A DNA stretch of 64,000 nucleotides from an uncultured bacterium. GTDB lineage: Bacteria; Actinomycetota; Actinomycetes; S36-B12. This document shows positions 51,824 to 62,747 of the stretch, piece by piece. The stretch is from assembly GCA_963700255.1 (NCBI GenBank), contig CAVOWW010000023.1, positions 128,403 to 192,402 of the forward strand, read 5' to 3'. A program made the position numbers and the translations under genes. Each line of letters starts with the position of its first letter. Within the stretch, counting starts at the first letter, position 1. Below the pieces are notes generated by a model that was given only the letters and a program-made list of their open reading frames with translations, was not told the origin of the DNA and did not search any database.

Positions 51824-53223
51824 ATGACCAGCGTCGTGATCGTGGGTGGTGGCCCGGGCGGCTACGAGGCGGCCCTGGTGGCCCGGCAGCTCGGCGCCGA
51901 CGTGACCCTCGTCGACCGCGACGGGCCGGGCGGATCGGCGGTCCTCACCGATGCCGTCCCGAGCAAGACCCTCGTCGCCACGGCGAACGCCATCACCGCG
52001 ACCGCCTCCAGCGCGAACCTGGGGGTGCTCATCGACGGGCGGTCGCCCGAGCCGTCCCGCATCGGCGTGGACCTCAGGGCGGTCAACGAGCGAATCGCGG
52101 GACTGGTCCGCGCCCAGAGCGACGACATCCGGGCCCGGCTCCTGCGCGAGGGCATCACGCTCGATGCCCGGCGTCGGGCCGGCTCGACGAGGACGCGAAC
52201 GTGGTCGTCTCCCGCCGCGACGGCAAGGCGGAGACCCTGCTGGCGGACGCCGTGCTCCTGGCCACCGGTGCCCGCCCGAGGGTGCTGTCCGGACGCGCTG
52301 CCCGACGGCGAGCGCATCCTCACCTGGGAGCAGCTCTACGACCTCGACGACCGTGCCGGAGCGCCTGATCGTGGTCGGCTCCGGCGTGACCGGAGCCGAG
52401 TTCGCCGGCGCCTACCACGCCCTCGGCAGCCGGGTCGTGCTCATCTCCTCCCGCGATCGGGTGCTGCCGGGCGAGGATCCGGATGCCGCGCGGGTGCTGG
52501 AGGAGGTCTTCGTCCGCCGTGGCCTCGAGGTGCTCGGCTCGTCGCGGGCGGCTGCCGCCCGTCGCACCGATGACGGAGTCGAGGTCACGCTCGGCGTCCG
52601 GGGAGGTCGTGCACGGATCGCACGTCCTGATGGCCGTCGGCTCGCTGCCGAACACCGACGAGCTCGGGCTCGGAGCCGCCGGTGTCGAGACCGACGACGG
52701 CGGCTTCATCCGCGTCGATCGGGTCAGTCGCACCACGCGCAGGGGCGTCTACGCCGCCGGTGACTGCACGGGAGTCCTCATGCTGGCGTCGGTTGCCGCG
52801 ATGCAGGGTCGCATCGCCATGTGGCATGCGCTCGGTGACGCGGTGACACCGCTGGAGCTGACCACGGTGTCCAGCACGGTGTTCACCAACCCGGAGATCG
52901 CGACGGTCGGCCTCACCCAGGGCGACCTCGATGCGGGGACCTTCCGCGGTGACGTGGTGCTCGTCCCGCTGGCGCCCAATGCGCGCGCCAAGATGGTGGA
53001 GCAGCGGGACGGCTTCGTGAAGCTGTTCTGCCGACGAGGCTCGCGGATCGTTGCCGGAGCCGTCATCGTCGGCCCGCACGCGAGCGAGCTCATCCACCCT
53101 CTGACCATCGCCGTCGAGCAGCGGCTGACCGTCGACCAGCTGGCCTCGACCTTCACGGTGTACCCGAGCCTGTCCGGCTCGATCGCCGAGGCGGCGCGAC
53201 GTCTGCACATTGCCGGGGAGTAG
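51824..53223 (+). CDS. lpdA: NAD(P)H-quinone dehydrogenase (LpdA type); several frameshifts
   Basis: GGGPGGYEAA, VVGSGVTGAEF, YAAGDCTG..LASVA, FTVYPSLS distributed across three frames. Confidence 0.85.
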
Positions 53224-53239
53224 CGGCTAGGGTCGCTTC

Positions 53240-54053
53240 GTGACTGTTCACCCGAGCACCGTGCTGGCCATGGAGCGATCAGAGGAGTCCGCCTCGGTGC
53301 TCGCGAGCATCACCGGAGTCCCCCGGCACGACGTGGCCGTCGTCCTCGGATCGGGGTGGGTGCCGGCCGCCGACCTGCTGGGAACGACGGTCGCCGACCT
53401 CCCGGTGACGGACCTCCCGCACTTCGCTCCACCGGCAGTGGAGGGCCACTCGGGCCGTGTGCGGAGCATCGACGCCGATGGCATCAGCGTGCTCGTGTTC
53501 CTCGGCCGGACGCACCTCTACGAGGGGCGAGGCGTCGATGCCGTCACGCACGGCGTGCGCACCGCGGCCTCTGCCGGCTGCCGGACGGTCGTCCTCACGA
53601 ACGGGTGCGGCGGACTCGACTCATCGTGGACGCCCGGGACCCCGGTGCTGATCCGCGACCACATCAACCTGACGGGCACGTCTCCCCTGCACGGGGCGCA
53701 CTTCGTCGACCTGACCGACCTCTACTCGGCTCGGCTCCGCACGCTCTGCCAGGCAGTGGAGCCGACGCTGCCGGAGGGCGTGTACGCGCAGTTCCCGGGC
53801 CCCATGTACGAGACGCCTGCGGAGATCCAGATGGTGAGAGCCATCGGTGGCAGCCTTGTGGGGATGAGCACCGCGCCTCGAGGCGATCGTTGCGCGTTCG
53901 CTCGGCCTGGAGGTGCTGGGCCTGTCGCTCGTCACCAATCTCGCGGCCGGGATGACGGGCGCGCCCCTCAACCATGAAGAGGTGCTGGAGGCCGGTCAGG
54001 CTGCGGCGACGCGAATGGGTGACCTGCTCGCGCGGGTCATTCGACAGCTGTGA
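53240..54053 (+). CDS. punA: Purine-nucleoside phosphorylase; frameshift at ~53875
   Basis: [50 protein letters not shown]. Confidence 0.9.
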
Positions 54054-54063
54054 GGTCCCGACG

Positions 54064-55718
54064 ATGACCGCCATCGATGAGGCCCGCGAGTGGATCGCCG
54101 CCGATCCCGACGCGCGCATGCGCGACCTGCTGACGGAGACCGTCGCCGAGGCCGAGGCCGGTAGCGCCGAGGCGCAGGCCGAGCTCGATGACGCATTCGC
54201 CGGAACGCTCGAATTCGGCACCGCGGGCCTGCGCGGCCGGGTGGGCCCGGGCCCGAACCGGATGAACCTCGTCGTCGTCGCCCGTGCGGCGGCGGGTCTG
54301 GCCCGCTACCTCAACGAGAACGGCGGCGGCGCGGTCGTCGTCGGCCACGACGCGCGGCACGATTCCGACCTGTTCGCCCGTACCACCGCTCAGATCCTGT
54401 CGGGTGCCGGCCTGAGCGTCATGATGCTGCCCGCTCACCTGCCGACGCCTGTGCTGGCGTTCGCCGTGCGGCACCTCGGCTGCGCGGCGGGCGTGATGGT
54501 CACCGCGAGCCACAACCCGCCCGCCGACAACGGGTACAAGGTGTACCTCGGTGACGGCAGCCAGATCGTCTCGCCGGTCGACCGCGAGATCAGCGCGCAC
54601 ATCGCGAGGTGACGGCCCTCGGACCGGTGGCGGACCTCCCGCACGGCGACGAGTGGCTCACCCTCGGCGACGACGTCGTCCAGGCGTACGTCGAGAAGGC
54701 AGCCGCACTCGTGGAGGAGGGTCCTCCCCTGCACGTCCGGCTGGCGTACACGGCCATGCATGGCGTCGGCGGCGAGGTCTTCCTGCGCGTCCTCGAGCAG
54801 GCCGGCTTCCCCGCGCCCGTCATCGTCACCGAGCAGTTCGAACCGGATGCGGACTTCCCGACCGTGTCCTTCCCCAACCCCGAGGAGCCCGGCGCGATGG
54901 ACCTCGCGCTCGCGGCGGCCCGCGATTCCGACTGCGATCTCGTGATCGCGCACGATCCCGACGCGGACCGGTGCGCCGTCGGCGTCCCCACCGCTGACGG
55001 CTGGCGCATGCTGACCGGCGACGAGGTCGGCTACCTCCTCGGCTGGTGGATCGCGGCCGGCAACCGCAGGCTCGGGCGCCGCAGGGTGTTCGCCGCAGTC
55101 CATCGTGTCCGGCTCGATGCTGGCCCTGATCGCCGCCGATGCCCACCTGAACTACCAGCAGACCCTCACCGGCTTCAAGTGGATCGCCCGCGTGCCCGAT
55201 CTCACCTACGGCTACGAGGAGGCGCTCGGCTACTGCGTCGACCCCAACGGCGTGCGCGACAAGGACGGCATCAGCGCGGGCCTCATGGTCGCCGAGATGG
55301 CAGCGCGGCTGAAGGACCTGGAACGCCGATCTCCTGCAGGTGCTCGACGACCTGGCGCTCGAGTACGGGGTGCACGCGACCCGTCAGGTGTCGGTAAGGG
55401 TCAGCGATCTGTCGCGCATCCCAGCCGTGATGGCCGCGCTGCGGGCGGCGCCGCCCGTCTCCGTGGCAGGCATCGCGGTCACGTCGTTCGAGGACCTCGA
55501 GCAGGACGGACTCGCCCTTCCGCCGACCGACGGCCTGCGCCTGATGCTCGGCGTCAGGCGCCCGCATCATCGTCCGGCCCAGCGGAACGGAGCCGAAGGT
55601 GAAGTGCTACCTGCAGAGCGTCGTTCCTGTCGTCGGCGGCGACCTCGCGGCAGCCCGCACGCAGGCGGACGCCGAGCTCGAAGCCATCAGTGCGGACGTT
55701 GCCCGGTGGCTAGAGTAG
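54064..55718 (+). CDS. Phospho-sugar mutase (PGM2/PmmB type, probable phosphopentomutase); several frameshifts
   Basis: FGTAGLRG, TASHNP, PNPEE, DPDADR, TGFKW, YEEALG, RDKDG, RPSGTEPKVK. Confidence 0.87.
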
Positions 55719-55722
55719 GCGG

Positions 55723-56662
55723 GTGACCGCCTCACCTCAGCCTGCCCGACGCGAGCCCCGGCTCGCTCCGGCGCTTCCTGCACGGGCTGCCGGGTGTCGA
55801 TGAGGTCGGAGCCCACGCACGGGCGGCAACCCTGGCCACGCGGTCCATCAAGAACGACGGCGAAGTCGTGGGCCATCGACACCGCGATCGGGATGGTCGA
55901 CCTGACCACGCTCGAGGGGATGGACACCGCCGGCAAGGTCCGCGCCCTGTGCGCCAAGGCGCTGCGGCCCGATCCGACAGATCCCGACCACGCCCAGCGT
56001 CGCCGCGGTATGCGTCTACGGCGACCTGGTGAGCGTCGCCCGCGCAGTCCGTCGGCGACAGCCTCCACGTCGCCGCAGTGGCCACGGCGTTCCCCTCGGG
56101 CCGCGCGAGCCTGACAGTCAAGCTGGCCGACACCGCGGACGCCGTGGCAGCGGGCGCCGACGAGATCGACATGGTCATCGACCGAGGCGCCTTCCTCTCC
56201 GGGGACTACGCCCTGGTCTTCGACGAGATCGTGGCCGTGAAGCAGGCCTGCGGACCGGCCCACCTGAAGGTGATCCTGGAGACCGGCGAGCTGCGCACCC
56301 TCGACAACGTCCGACGCGCGTCGTGGCTGGCGATGCTGGCCGGAGCGGACTTCATCAAGACCTCCACCGGCAAGATCTCACCCGCCGCCACGCCGCCGGT
56401 GACGCTCGTCATGCTCGAGGCGGTCCGCGACTTCCACGAGGCGACCGGGCGGCTCGTCGGCGTGAAGGCCGCCGGTGGCATCCGCACGAGCAAGGACGCC
56501 ATCAAGTACCTGGTCCTGGTGAACGAGACGGTCGGCGACGCCTGGCTGACCCCGGACCTGTTCCGGTTCGGCGCATCCACCCTCCTGAACGACCTCCTGC
56601 TGCAGCGGCAGCGACTGGCCACCGGGCACTACTCCGGCCCCGACTACGTCACGATCGACTGA
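55723..56662 (+). CDS. deoC: Deoxyribose-phosphate aldolase; frameshifts in the 5' half
   Basis: LPGVD.VG, DLTTLEG, EIDMVIDRG, KVILETGEL, FIKTSTGK, KAAGGIR, RFGAS. Confidence 0.92.
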
Positions 56663-56673
56663 GTGGAGCTGCC

Positions 56674-58122
56674 GTGACCTTCGAGTACGCACCCGCACCA
56701 GAGTCGCGCAGCGTCGTCGACATCGCGTCGTCGTACGGCCTGTTCATCAACGGCGAGTTCACCGATCCCATCGAGGGCGCGACGTTCAAGACGGTCAACC
56801 CCGCGACCGAGGAGGTCCTCTCGGAGGTCTCCGAGGCCGGACAGCGACGACGTCGACCGGGCCGTGCAGGGCCGCCCGCGATGCCTACGAGCGCGTGTGG
56901 GGGCCGATGAGCGGCCGTGACCGCGGCAAGTACCTCTTCCGCATCGCCCGCCTGATCCAGGAGCGGTCGCGCGAGCTCGCCGTCCTCGAGACCCTCGACA
57001 ACGGCAAGCCGATCCGGGAGTCGCGCGACGTCGACCTCCCGCTGGTCGCCGCCCACTTCTTCTACCACGCGGGCTGGGCCGACAAGCTCGACCACGCGGG
57101 CTACGGACCCGACCCGAGGCCGGTCGGCGTCGCCGCGCAGATCATCCCCTGGAACTTCCCCCTCCTCATGCTGGCCTGGAAGATCGCCCCGGCGCTGGCG
57201 TGCGGCAACACCGTCGTGCTGAAGCCCGCCGAGACGACGCCCCTCACCGCACTGGCGTTCGCCGACATCTGCCGCCAGGCCGACCTGCCTCCCGGCGTCG
57301 TGAACATCATCACGGGTGCGGGCGACACCGGACGCCTGCTCGTCGAGCACCCCGGTGTCGACAAGGTCGCCTTCACCGGCTCGACGGAGGTCGGCAAGGC
57401 CATCATGCGTGCGGTGGCTGGGACCGACAAGCGCCTGACCCTCGAGCTCGGCGGCAAGGCGGCGAACATCGTGTTCGACGATGCGCCGATCGACGAGGCC
57501 GTCGAAGGCATCGTCGAACGGCATCTTCTTCAACCAGGGGCACGTGTGCTGCGCCGGCTCGCGCCTGCTGATCCAGGAGTCCGTGGCCGAGGAGGTCGTG
57601 GCATCCCTCAAGCGCCGACTCGGCACGCTGCGCCTGGGCGACCCGCTGGACAAGAACACGGACATCGGCGCCATCAACTCCGACGCCCAGCTCGCCAGGA
57701 TCGGTGAGCTCGTGCGGAGCGGCGAGGACGAGGGTGCCGAGCGCTGGAGCGCCCCGTGCGAGATTCCCGATCGCGGCTGGTGGTTCCCGCCGACGGTCTT
57801 CACCGGGGTGTCCCAGGCGCATCGCATCGCGCGCGAGGAGATCTTCGGGCCCGTCCTCAGCGTCCTGACGTTCCGCACCCCGGACGAGGCCGTCGAGAAG
57901 GCGAACAACACCCCCTACGGCCTGTCAGCGGGCATCTGGTCGGACAAGGGCAGCCGCATCCTGTGGATGGCGGAGCGCCTGCGCGCCGGCGTCGTGTGGG
58001 CCAACACCTTCAACCGCTTCGACCCGGCCAGCCCGTTCGGTGGCTACAAGGAGTCCGGTTTCGGCCGCGAAGGCGGCATCCAGGGTCTCGGCGCCTACCT
58101 GACGACGGAGGAGGGGCGATGA
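56674..58122 (+). CDS. Aldehyde dehydrogenase (full-length); frameshifts at ~56850 and ~57520
   Basis: FEYAPAPES, PWNFP, KPAE, FTGST, LELGGK, FFNQGHVCCAGSR, EEIFGPV, GGYKESG. Confidence 0.9.
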
Positions 58123-59009
58123 GCGACCAGCCCACGGACCAGCCCGGCGACCGGCTCGAGGTGCGCAAGACGTACAAGCTCTTCGTCGGCGGAGCATTCC
58201 CGCGCAGCGAGTCCGGGCGCACCTACGAGGTCGAGTCCGCGGACGGCACGTTCCTGGCCAACGCCGCGAAGGGCTCGCGCAAGGACGGTCGCGATGCGGT
58301 CCTTGCCGCGCGCAAGGCGGTCGCCGGCTGGAGCGCGGCCACCGCCTACAACCGCGGACAGGTCCTGTACCGGGTGGCCGAGGTCATGGAGGGCCGACGC
58401 GCCCAGTTCGTGGCCGACGTGCGCGACGCCGAGGGCGTCGACGACGCGACGGCGGGGCGACAGGTCGACGCCGCCATCGACCGCTGGGTCTGGTACGCCG
58501 GCTGGGCCGACAAGATCGCTCAGGTGCTCGGTTCCGCGAACCCGGTCGCCGGGCCGTACTTCAACTTCTCGATCCCCGAGCCGACCGGTGTCGTGGTGGC
58601 CGTCGCTCCCCAGGACTCGAGCCTGCTGGGCCTGGTCAGCGTCATGGCGCCCGCGATCGTCAGCGGAAACGCCGTCATCGTGATCGCGAGCACGTCGCGC
58701 CCGCTGCCCGCCATCTCCCTGGCGGAGTCGCTCGCGACCAGCGATGTCCCCGGCGGTGTCGTCAACATCCTGACGGGCGACCCGGCAGAGATCATGCCGT
58801 GGCTGGCCTCCCATGCCGATGTGAACGCGATCGACCTGGCCGGCATCGACGACCCGGCCGTGGCGACGATGCTCGAGCGCGAGGCGGCCGGCACCATGAC
58901 CCGCGTGCGCCGCCCCGAGCCCGCGGTCGACTGGGCGGCCGATCCCGGGCTGTCCAGGATCCGCTCCTACGTCGAGACCAAGACCGTGTGGCACCCGTTG
59001 GGAGTGTGA
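58119..59009 (+). CDS. Truncated aldehyde-dehydrogenase-like protein (NAD-binding and oligomerisation parts only)
   Basis: KTYKLFVGGAFPRSESGR, WYAGWADK, GGVVNILTG, ETKTVWHP; no ELGG/catalytic Cys domain; 296 aa. Confidence 0.85.
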   Translation: MSDQPTDQPGDRLEVRKTYKLFVGGAFPRSESGRTYEVESADGTFLANAAKGSRKDGRDAVLAARKAVAGWSAATAYNRGQVLYRVAEVMEGRRAQFVADVRDAEGVDDATAGRQVDAAIDRWVWYAGWADKIAQVLGSANPVAGPYFNFSIPEPTGVVVAVAPQDSSLLGLVSVMAPAIVSGNAVIVIASTSRPLPAISLAESLATSDVPGGVVNILTGDPAEIMPWLASHADVNAIDLAGIDDPAVATMLEREAAGTMTRVRRPEPAVDWAADPGLSRIRSYVETKTVWHPLGV

Positions 59010-59067
59010 CCCCATCCCCCTCGGCTGGAAGGCCCTCTCGGACGCTGACGGCCCGGTCCTGCGCTAC

Positions 59068-59811
59068 GTGCCGGAGCTGCGGGAGGGTGCGCCGATCGCC
59101 GACCTCGCGTCGGTCACCCCCAACCGCACCACCGCTGCAGCCACGGCGGCGGCCCTCGCCCAGCTCCCCGGCTGGCTGCTGGCGACGGACGACCTCTCCC
59201 TGGCGAGCTGCCTCATCAAGATGGGCGCCAAGCCCCGGCGGCACGCACTCGTCATGCAGTGCGACCTTCGCGCCGCGCCCGACGGGTCGCAGGCACGGCC
59301 CCACGGGGTGCCGCAGCTGGTGGGCATCGATCCGCAGTTCACCCTCCAGCCGCTGCCCAGCGCCAGCGACCTCCGCGGCTGGGCGCCCATCCTGCCAAGC
59401 TGGCGCGCTGCCTTCCCGCCGGACCATCCCGACCACTTCGACGGCGACGACCCGCTGGCGATCGCGTTCCTGCGCCGCCTCGTCGACGGCTCCGAACTGG
59501 GCCCGCTGCACCGGTCGACGACCCTCCTCGCCGACCGATCCGGCACGCCCGTGGCCGGCATCATGGTCAACATCCGAGTCCCGGACCCGCCGCTGGGCGG
59601 TCCGTGGATCGCCGACATCTGGCGCGATCCCACGCTCCACGGCATGGGGGTCGGGGCCATGCTCATCAGCCATGCGAAGAGACTGCTGGCAGAGGATGGC
59701 TACGCCTGCCTGGGGCTTGCGGTCACCGCGGGCAACCCCGCTCGCGCCACCTACCAGCGTCAGGGCTTCCGCACGGTCACCGAGTCGCGGACGGTGCTCC
59801 TCCCGGGCTGA
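59068..59811 (+). CDS. GNAT family N-acetyltransferase
   Basis: WIADIWRDP.LHGMGVG.., LAVTAGNPARATYQRQGF. Confidence 0.8.
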   Translation: MPELREGAPIADLASVTPNRTTAAATAAALAQLPGWLLATDDLSLASCLIKMGAKPRRHALVMQCDLRAAPDGSQARPHGVPQLVGIDPQFTLQPLPSASDLRGWAPILPSWRAAFPPDHPDHFDGDDPLAIAFLRRLVDGSELGPLHRSTTLLADRSGTPVAGIMVNIRVPDPPLGGPWIADIWRDPTLHGMGVGAMLISHAKRLLAEDGYACLGLAVTAGNPARATYQRQGFRTVTESRTVLLPG

Positions 59812-59829
59812 GGACCAGCAGGGCGACGA

Positions 59830-60090
59830 CTACTCGACCTCGGACCCACGTCGACGCTGGCGCCACACGACCACGCCGACGACGGCGACCGTCACGATGC
59901 CGATGCCGAGCGCGACGTAGGGCGCCCAGTGCCGCGTGCTGACGATGGCGGACTCCGCCTTCACCAGGGCGTCATCAGTAACGCCCAGCACGGCATCCGT
60001 CCGGTCGAGGGCATCTCGTACCTTGTCCAGCTCGTGCCGCAGGTCGGTCACGTGACCGTGACCGGTCTCGACAACCTCCAGGATCGCCAT
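59830..60090 (-). CDS. Small tail-anchored hypothetical protein
   Basis: AGAGGGG RBS; coiled-coil-like N-terminus, C-terminal TM helix followed by WRQRRR. Confidence 0.6.
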   Translation of the reverse strand: MAILEVVETGHGHVTDLRHELDKVRDALDRTDAVLGVTDDALVKAESAIVSTRHWAPYVALGIGIVTVAVVGVVVWRQRRRGSEVE

Positions 60091-60091
60091 G

Positions 60092-61229
60092 TCAGCCCCT
60101 CTCGGTCAGCCGGTCCGCGAGGACGGCTCTCAACGCAGCGTACTCCGGCTTGATGCGCTCGTTGATGATGGCGAGTCGCTCGTCGAAGGGGATGAACGAG
60201 CTCTTCATGGCATTCACGGTGAACCACTGAAGGTCGTCCAGGCCGTAGCCGAAGGCGTCGCTGAGGAGCACCATCTCCCGCGTCATGGTGGTGTCCGACA
60301 TCAGCCGGTTGTCGGTGTTGACGGTGACGCGGAATCCGAGACGGCGCAGCAGCCCGATCGGATGCCGCTCGATGCTCTCGGCGGCGCCCGTCTGGACGTT
60401 CGACGACGGGCACATCTCGAGCGGGATGCGGCGATCGCGCACGTACTCGGCCAGCCGCCCGAGATGCGGCGAGCCGTCCGGTGCGATCTCGATGTCGTCG
60501 ACGATCCGGACGCCATGGCCGAGCCGGTCGGCGCCGCACCACTGGAGCGCCTCCCAGATGCTCGGCAGGCCGAAGGCCTCACCTGCATGGATGGTGAAGT
60601 GCGCGTTCTCGCGGCGCAGGTACTCGAAGGCATCGAGGTGCCGCGTGGGCGGGAACCCCGCCTCCGCACCGGCGATGTCGAAGCCCACCACCCCGCGGTC
60701 GCGGTACTCGACGGCGAGCTCGGCAATCCGTCGCGAGTGCGTGGCGGTGCGGATGGCCGTCGAGGAGCACGCCGATCCGGATCGGATGACCCGTCGCCGC
60801 TGCGTTGCGCTGGCCTTCGGCGAACCCGGCCAGCACCTCCTCGACGATCTGGTGCTCCGTCAGGCCGCGCTCGATGTGCAGTTCCGGCGCGAACCGCACC
60901 TCCGCGTACACCACATGGTCGGCGGCAAGGTCCTCCGCAGCCTCGCGCGCGACGCGACGGAGGCCATCGGCCGTCTGCGTCACTCCGACCGTGTGGGCGA
61001 AGGTCTCCAGGTACCGCTCCAGCGACCCGGAGGAGGCGGCTTCGACGAACCACGTCCGCAGCGCGACGGGATCCATCGTGGGCAGGCCCAGGTAGCCGTC
61101 GGTCTGGGCCAGCTCGATGATCGTCTCCGGGCGCAGGCCACCGTCGAGGTGGTCGTGCAGGAGGACCTTCGGGGCCCGGGCGATGAGGTCGTACGGAACG
61201 GGGGCGAGAGAGCCGGCATCGGACACCAT
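60092..61229 (-). CDS. add: Adenosine deaminase; frameshifts at ~60700-60765
   Basis: [49 protein letters not shown]. Confidence 0.92.
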
Positions 61230-61286
61230 CCCCCGAACCTAGACCATGGCCGTGGAGCGTCGCGCCGCCGTCAGTAGGGTCGACGG

Positions 61287-62129
61287 GTGATCAGCGTCGT
61301 GTTCGGGCTCGCGACCGCGGTGTTCTTCGCGAGCAGCAGCCTGCTGTCGTCACGCGCGGTGAAGGTGATCGGATCCTGGTCCGCCGTCGCCTGGGCGATG
61401 CTCGTGGGACTCGTCATCACCCTGCCCTTCCTCTTCGCGTCGGGCATCCCGTCCGCCCTCGGCGAGAACGCCGGATGGATGGTCGCTGCGGGCGTAGGGA
61501 ACGTGGCGGGCCTCGTCCTCGCCGGGCTGGCGTTCCGGGTCGGGAAAGTCGGGGTGATCACGCCCATCCTCGCCACCGAAGGCGCGATCTCCGCTGTCAT
61601 CGCCGCTGTGCTGGGCGAGAGCATCGCGCCGATCATCGCCTTCCTCCTGATGGTCATCGTGGTGGGCATCGTCATCTCCGCGACGGCACCGGATCCCGAG
61701 CCGCTCAGCCATGAGCGACCCGTGCTCGCCGTCCTGCTCGCCACCGGCGGCGCACTCGTCTTCGGCGTGTCGCTGTTCGCCACCGGTCACCTCAGTGGCG
61801 ACCTCCCCATCTCCTGGGTGCTGCTCCCGCCACGGCTTGTGGGCATCCTCGCCCTCACGATCCCCCTGGCCCTGAGCCGCAACCTGCGCCTCACCCGCGC
61901 GACGGCGCCGCTCGTCATCGGCATGGGCTTCGCCGAGGTCATCGGCTTCACGTGCTTCGCGATCGGGGCCCAGTACCAGGTGGCCGTGACGTCGGTGCTG
62001 GCATCCCAGTTCGCGCCTATCGCTGCCGTCATGGCCTACGTGCTGTTCAAGGAACGGCTCGGCAGGCTGCAGATCACCGGCGTCGCGATCCTCGTCGCCG
62101 CCGTGACCGCGCTCAGCATCGCCAGCTGA
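61287..62129 (+). CDS. EamA/DMT family transporter
   Basis: About ten TM helices, two EamA repeats, FKERLG..Q..G. Confidence 0.85.
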   Translation: MISVVFGLATAVFFASSSLLSSRAVKVIGSWSAVAWAMLVGLVITLPFLFASGIPSALGENAGWMVAAGVGNVAGLVLAGLAFRVGKVGVITPILATEGAISAVIAAVLGESIAPIIAFLLMVIVVGIVISATAPDPEPLSHERPVLAVLLATGGALVFGVSLFATGHLSGDLPISWVLLPPRLVGILALTIPLALSRNLRLTRATAPLVIGMGFAEVIGFTCFAIGAQYQVAVTSVLASQFAPIAAVMAYVLFKERLGRLQITGVAILVAAVTALSIAS

Positions 62130-62215
62130 GCTCTCCCCGTTCGTCCCGGAATCCGGGACAACTCGGCGGTCCCGCCCCGTCCGAGGCGTCGCACCGCAGA
62201 TCTCTCCCGCAGTTC
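62130..62215 (+). repeat. REP-like palindromic intergenic element (copy 1)
   Basis: TCCCGGA-A-TCCGGGA at 62144-62158; similar to the reverse complement of 62748-62840. Confidence 0.65.
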
Positions 62216-62740
62216 TCAGGCCCGCTGGTAGCGAGAGCTCACCATGCCACTGTCGAACACGCGGGAGCCGACCAGCCGAAGCGGAGTGCTCGACCCGATT
62301 CGGTGGAACAGGGGCTTCCCTGAGCCGAGCAGGATCGGCACCGTCGTGATCGTCAACTCGTCGACCAACCCCGCGTCCAGGAACTGGCTGATGAGTGTGC
62401 CGCCGTCGACGTACACCTGCCCCACACCCTGCTCGCGCCACCGAGCGACGGCCTCCAGTGGGGTCCGAGCGTAGAACTCGAAGCCGTCTCGGGGGCCGAT
62501 GGTGCGCGTCGTGAACACGTGCACCGGCCGGCCGCCGTACGGGAGCTCCGGGAAGTCCTTGATGAACTCGTACGTCGAGCGGCCCATCGCCACGACATCC
62601 ACCTGGGCCAGGAACGCGTCGAACCCGTAGTCCTCTCCCTCACCGCCCGCCGCCAAGAGCCAGTCCAGCGAGTCATCGTCGGTCGCGATGTAGCCGTCGA
62701 GTGACTGGGCGATGAAGACCGAGACACGTGGGTGGGGCAT
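62216..62740 (-). CDS. Dihydrofolate reductase/RibD C-terminal family protein
   Basis: FIAQSLDGYIA, MGRSTY, YVDGG, LVDEL..T.VPILLGSG.PLF. Confidence 0.88.
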   Translation of the reverse strand: MPHPRVSVFIAQSLDGYIATDDDSLDWLLAAGGEGEDYGFDAFLAQVDVVAMGRSTYEFIKDFPELPYGGRPVHVFTTRTIGPRDGFEFYARTPLEAVARWREQGVGQVYVDGGTLISQFLDAGLVDELTITTVPILLGSGKPLFHRIGSSTPLRLVGSRVFDSGMVSSRYQRA

Positions 62741-62747
62741 GACTCGC

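Noticed and set aside
51500-61229. Dense frameshifts in GGCT, lpdA, punA, phosphomutase, deoC, ALDH and add, suggesting pseudogenes or programmed frameshifting
   Set aside because: Small indels with intact catalytic motifs and no slippery-site pattern, also scattered elsewhere (10900, 16695, 23150, 24330, 28900, 30010). Best explained as long-read consensus errors; read alignment would settle it.
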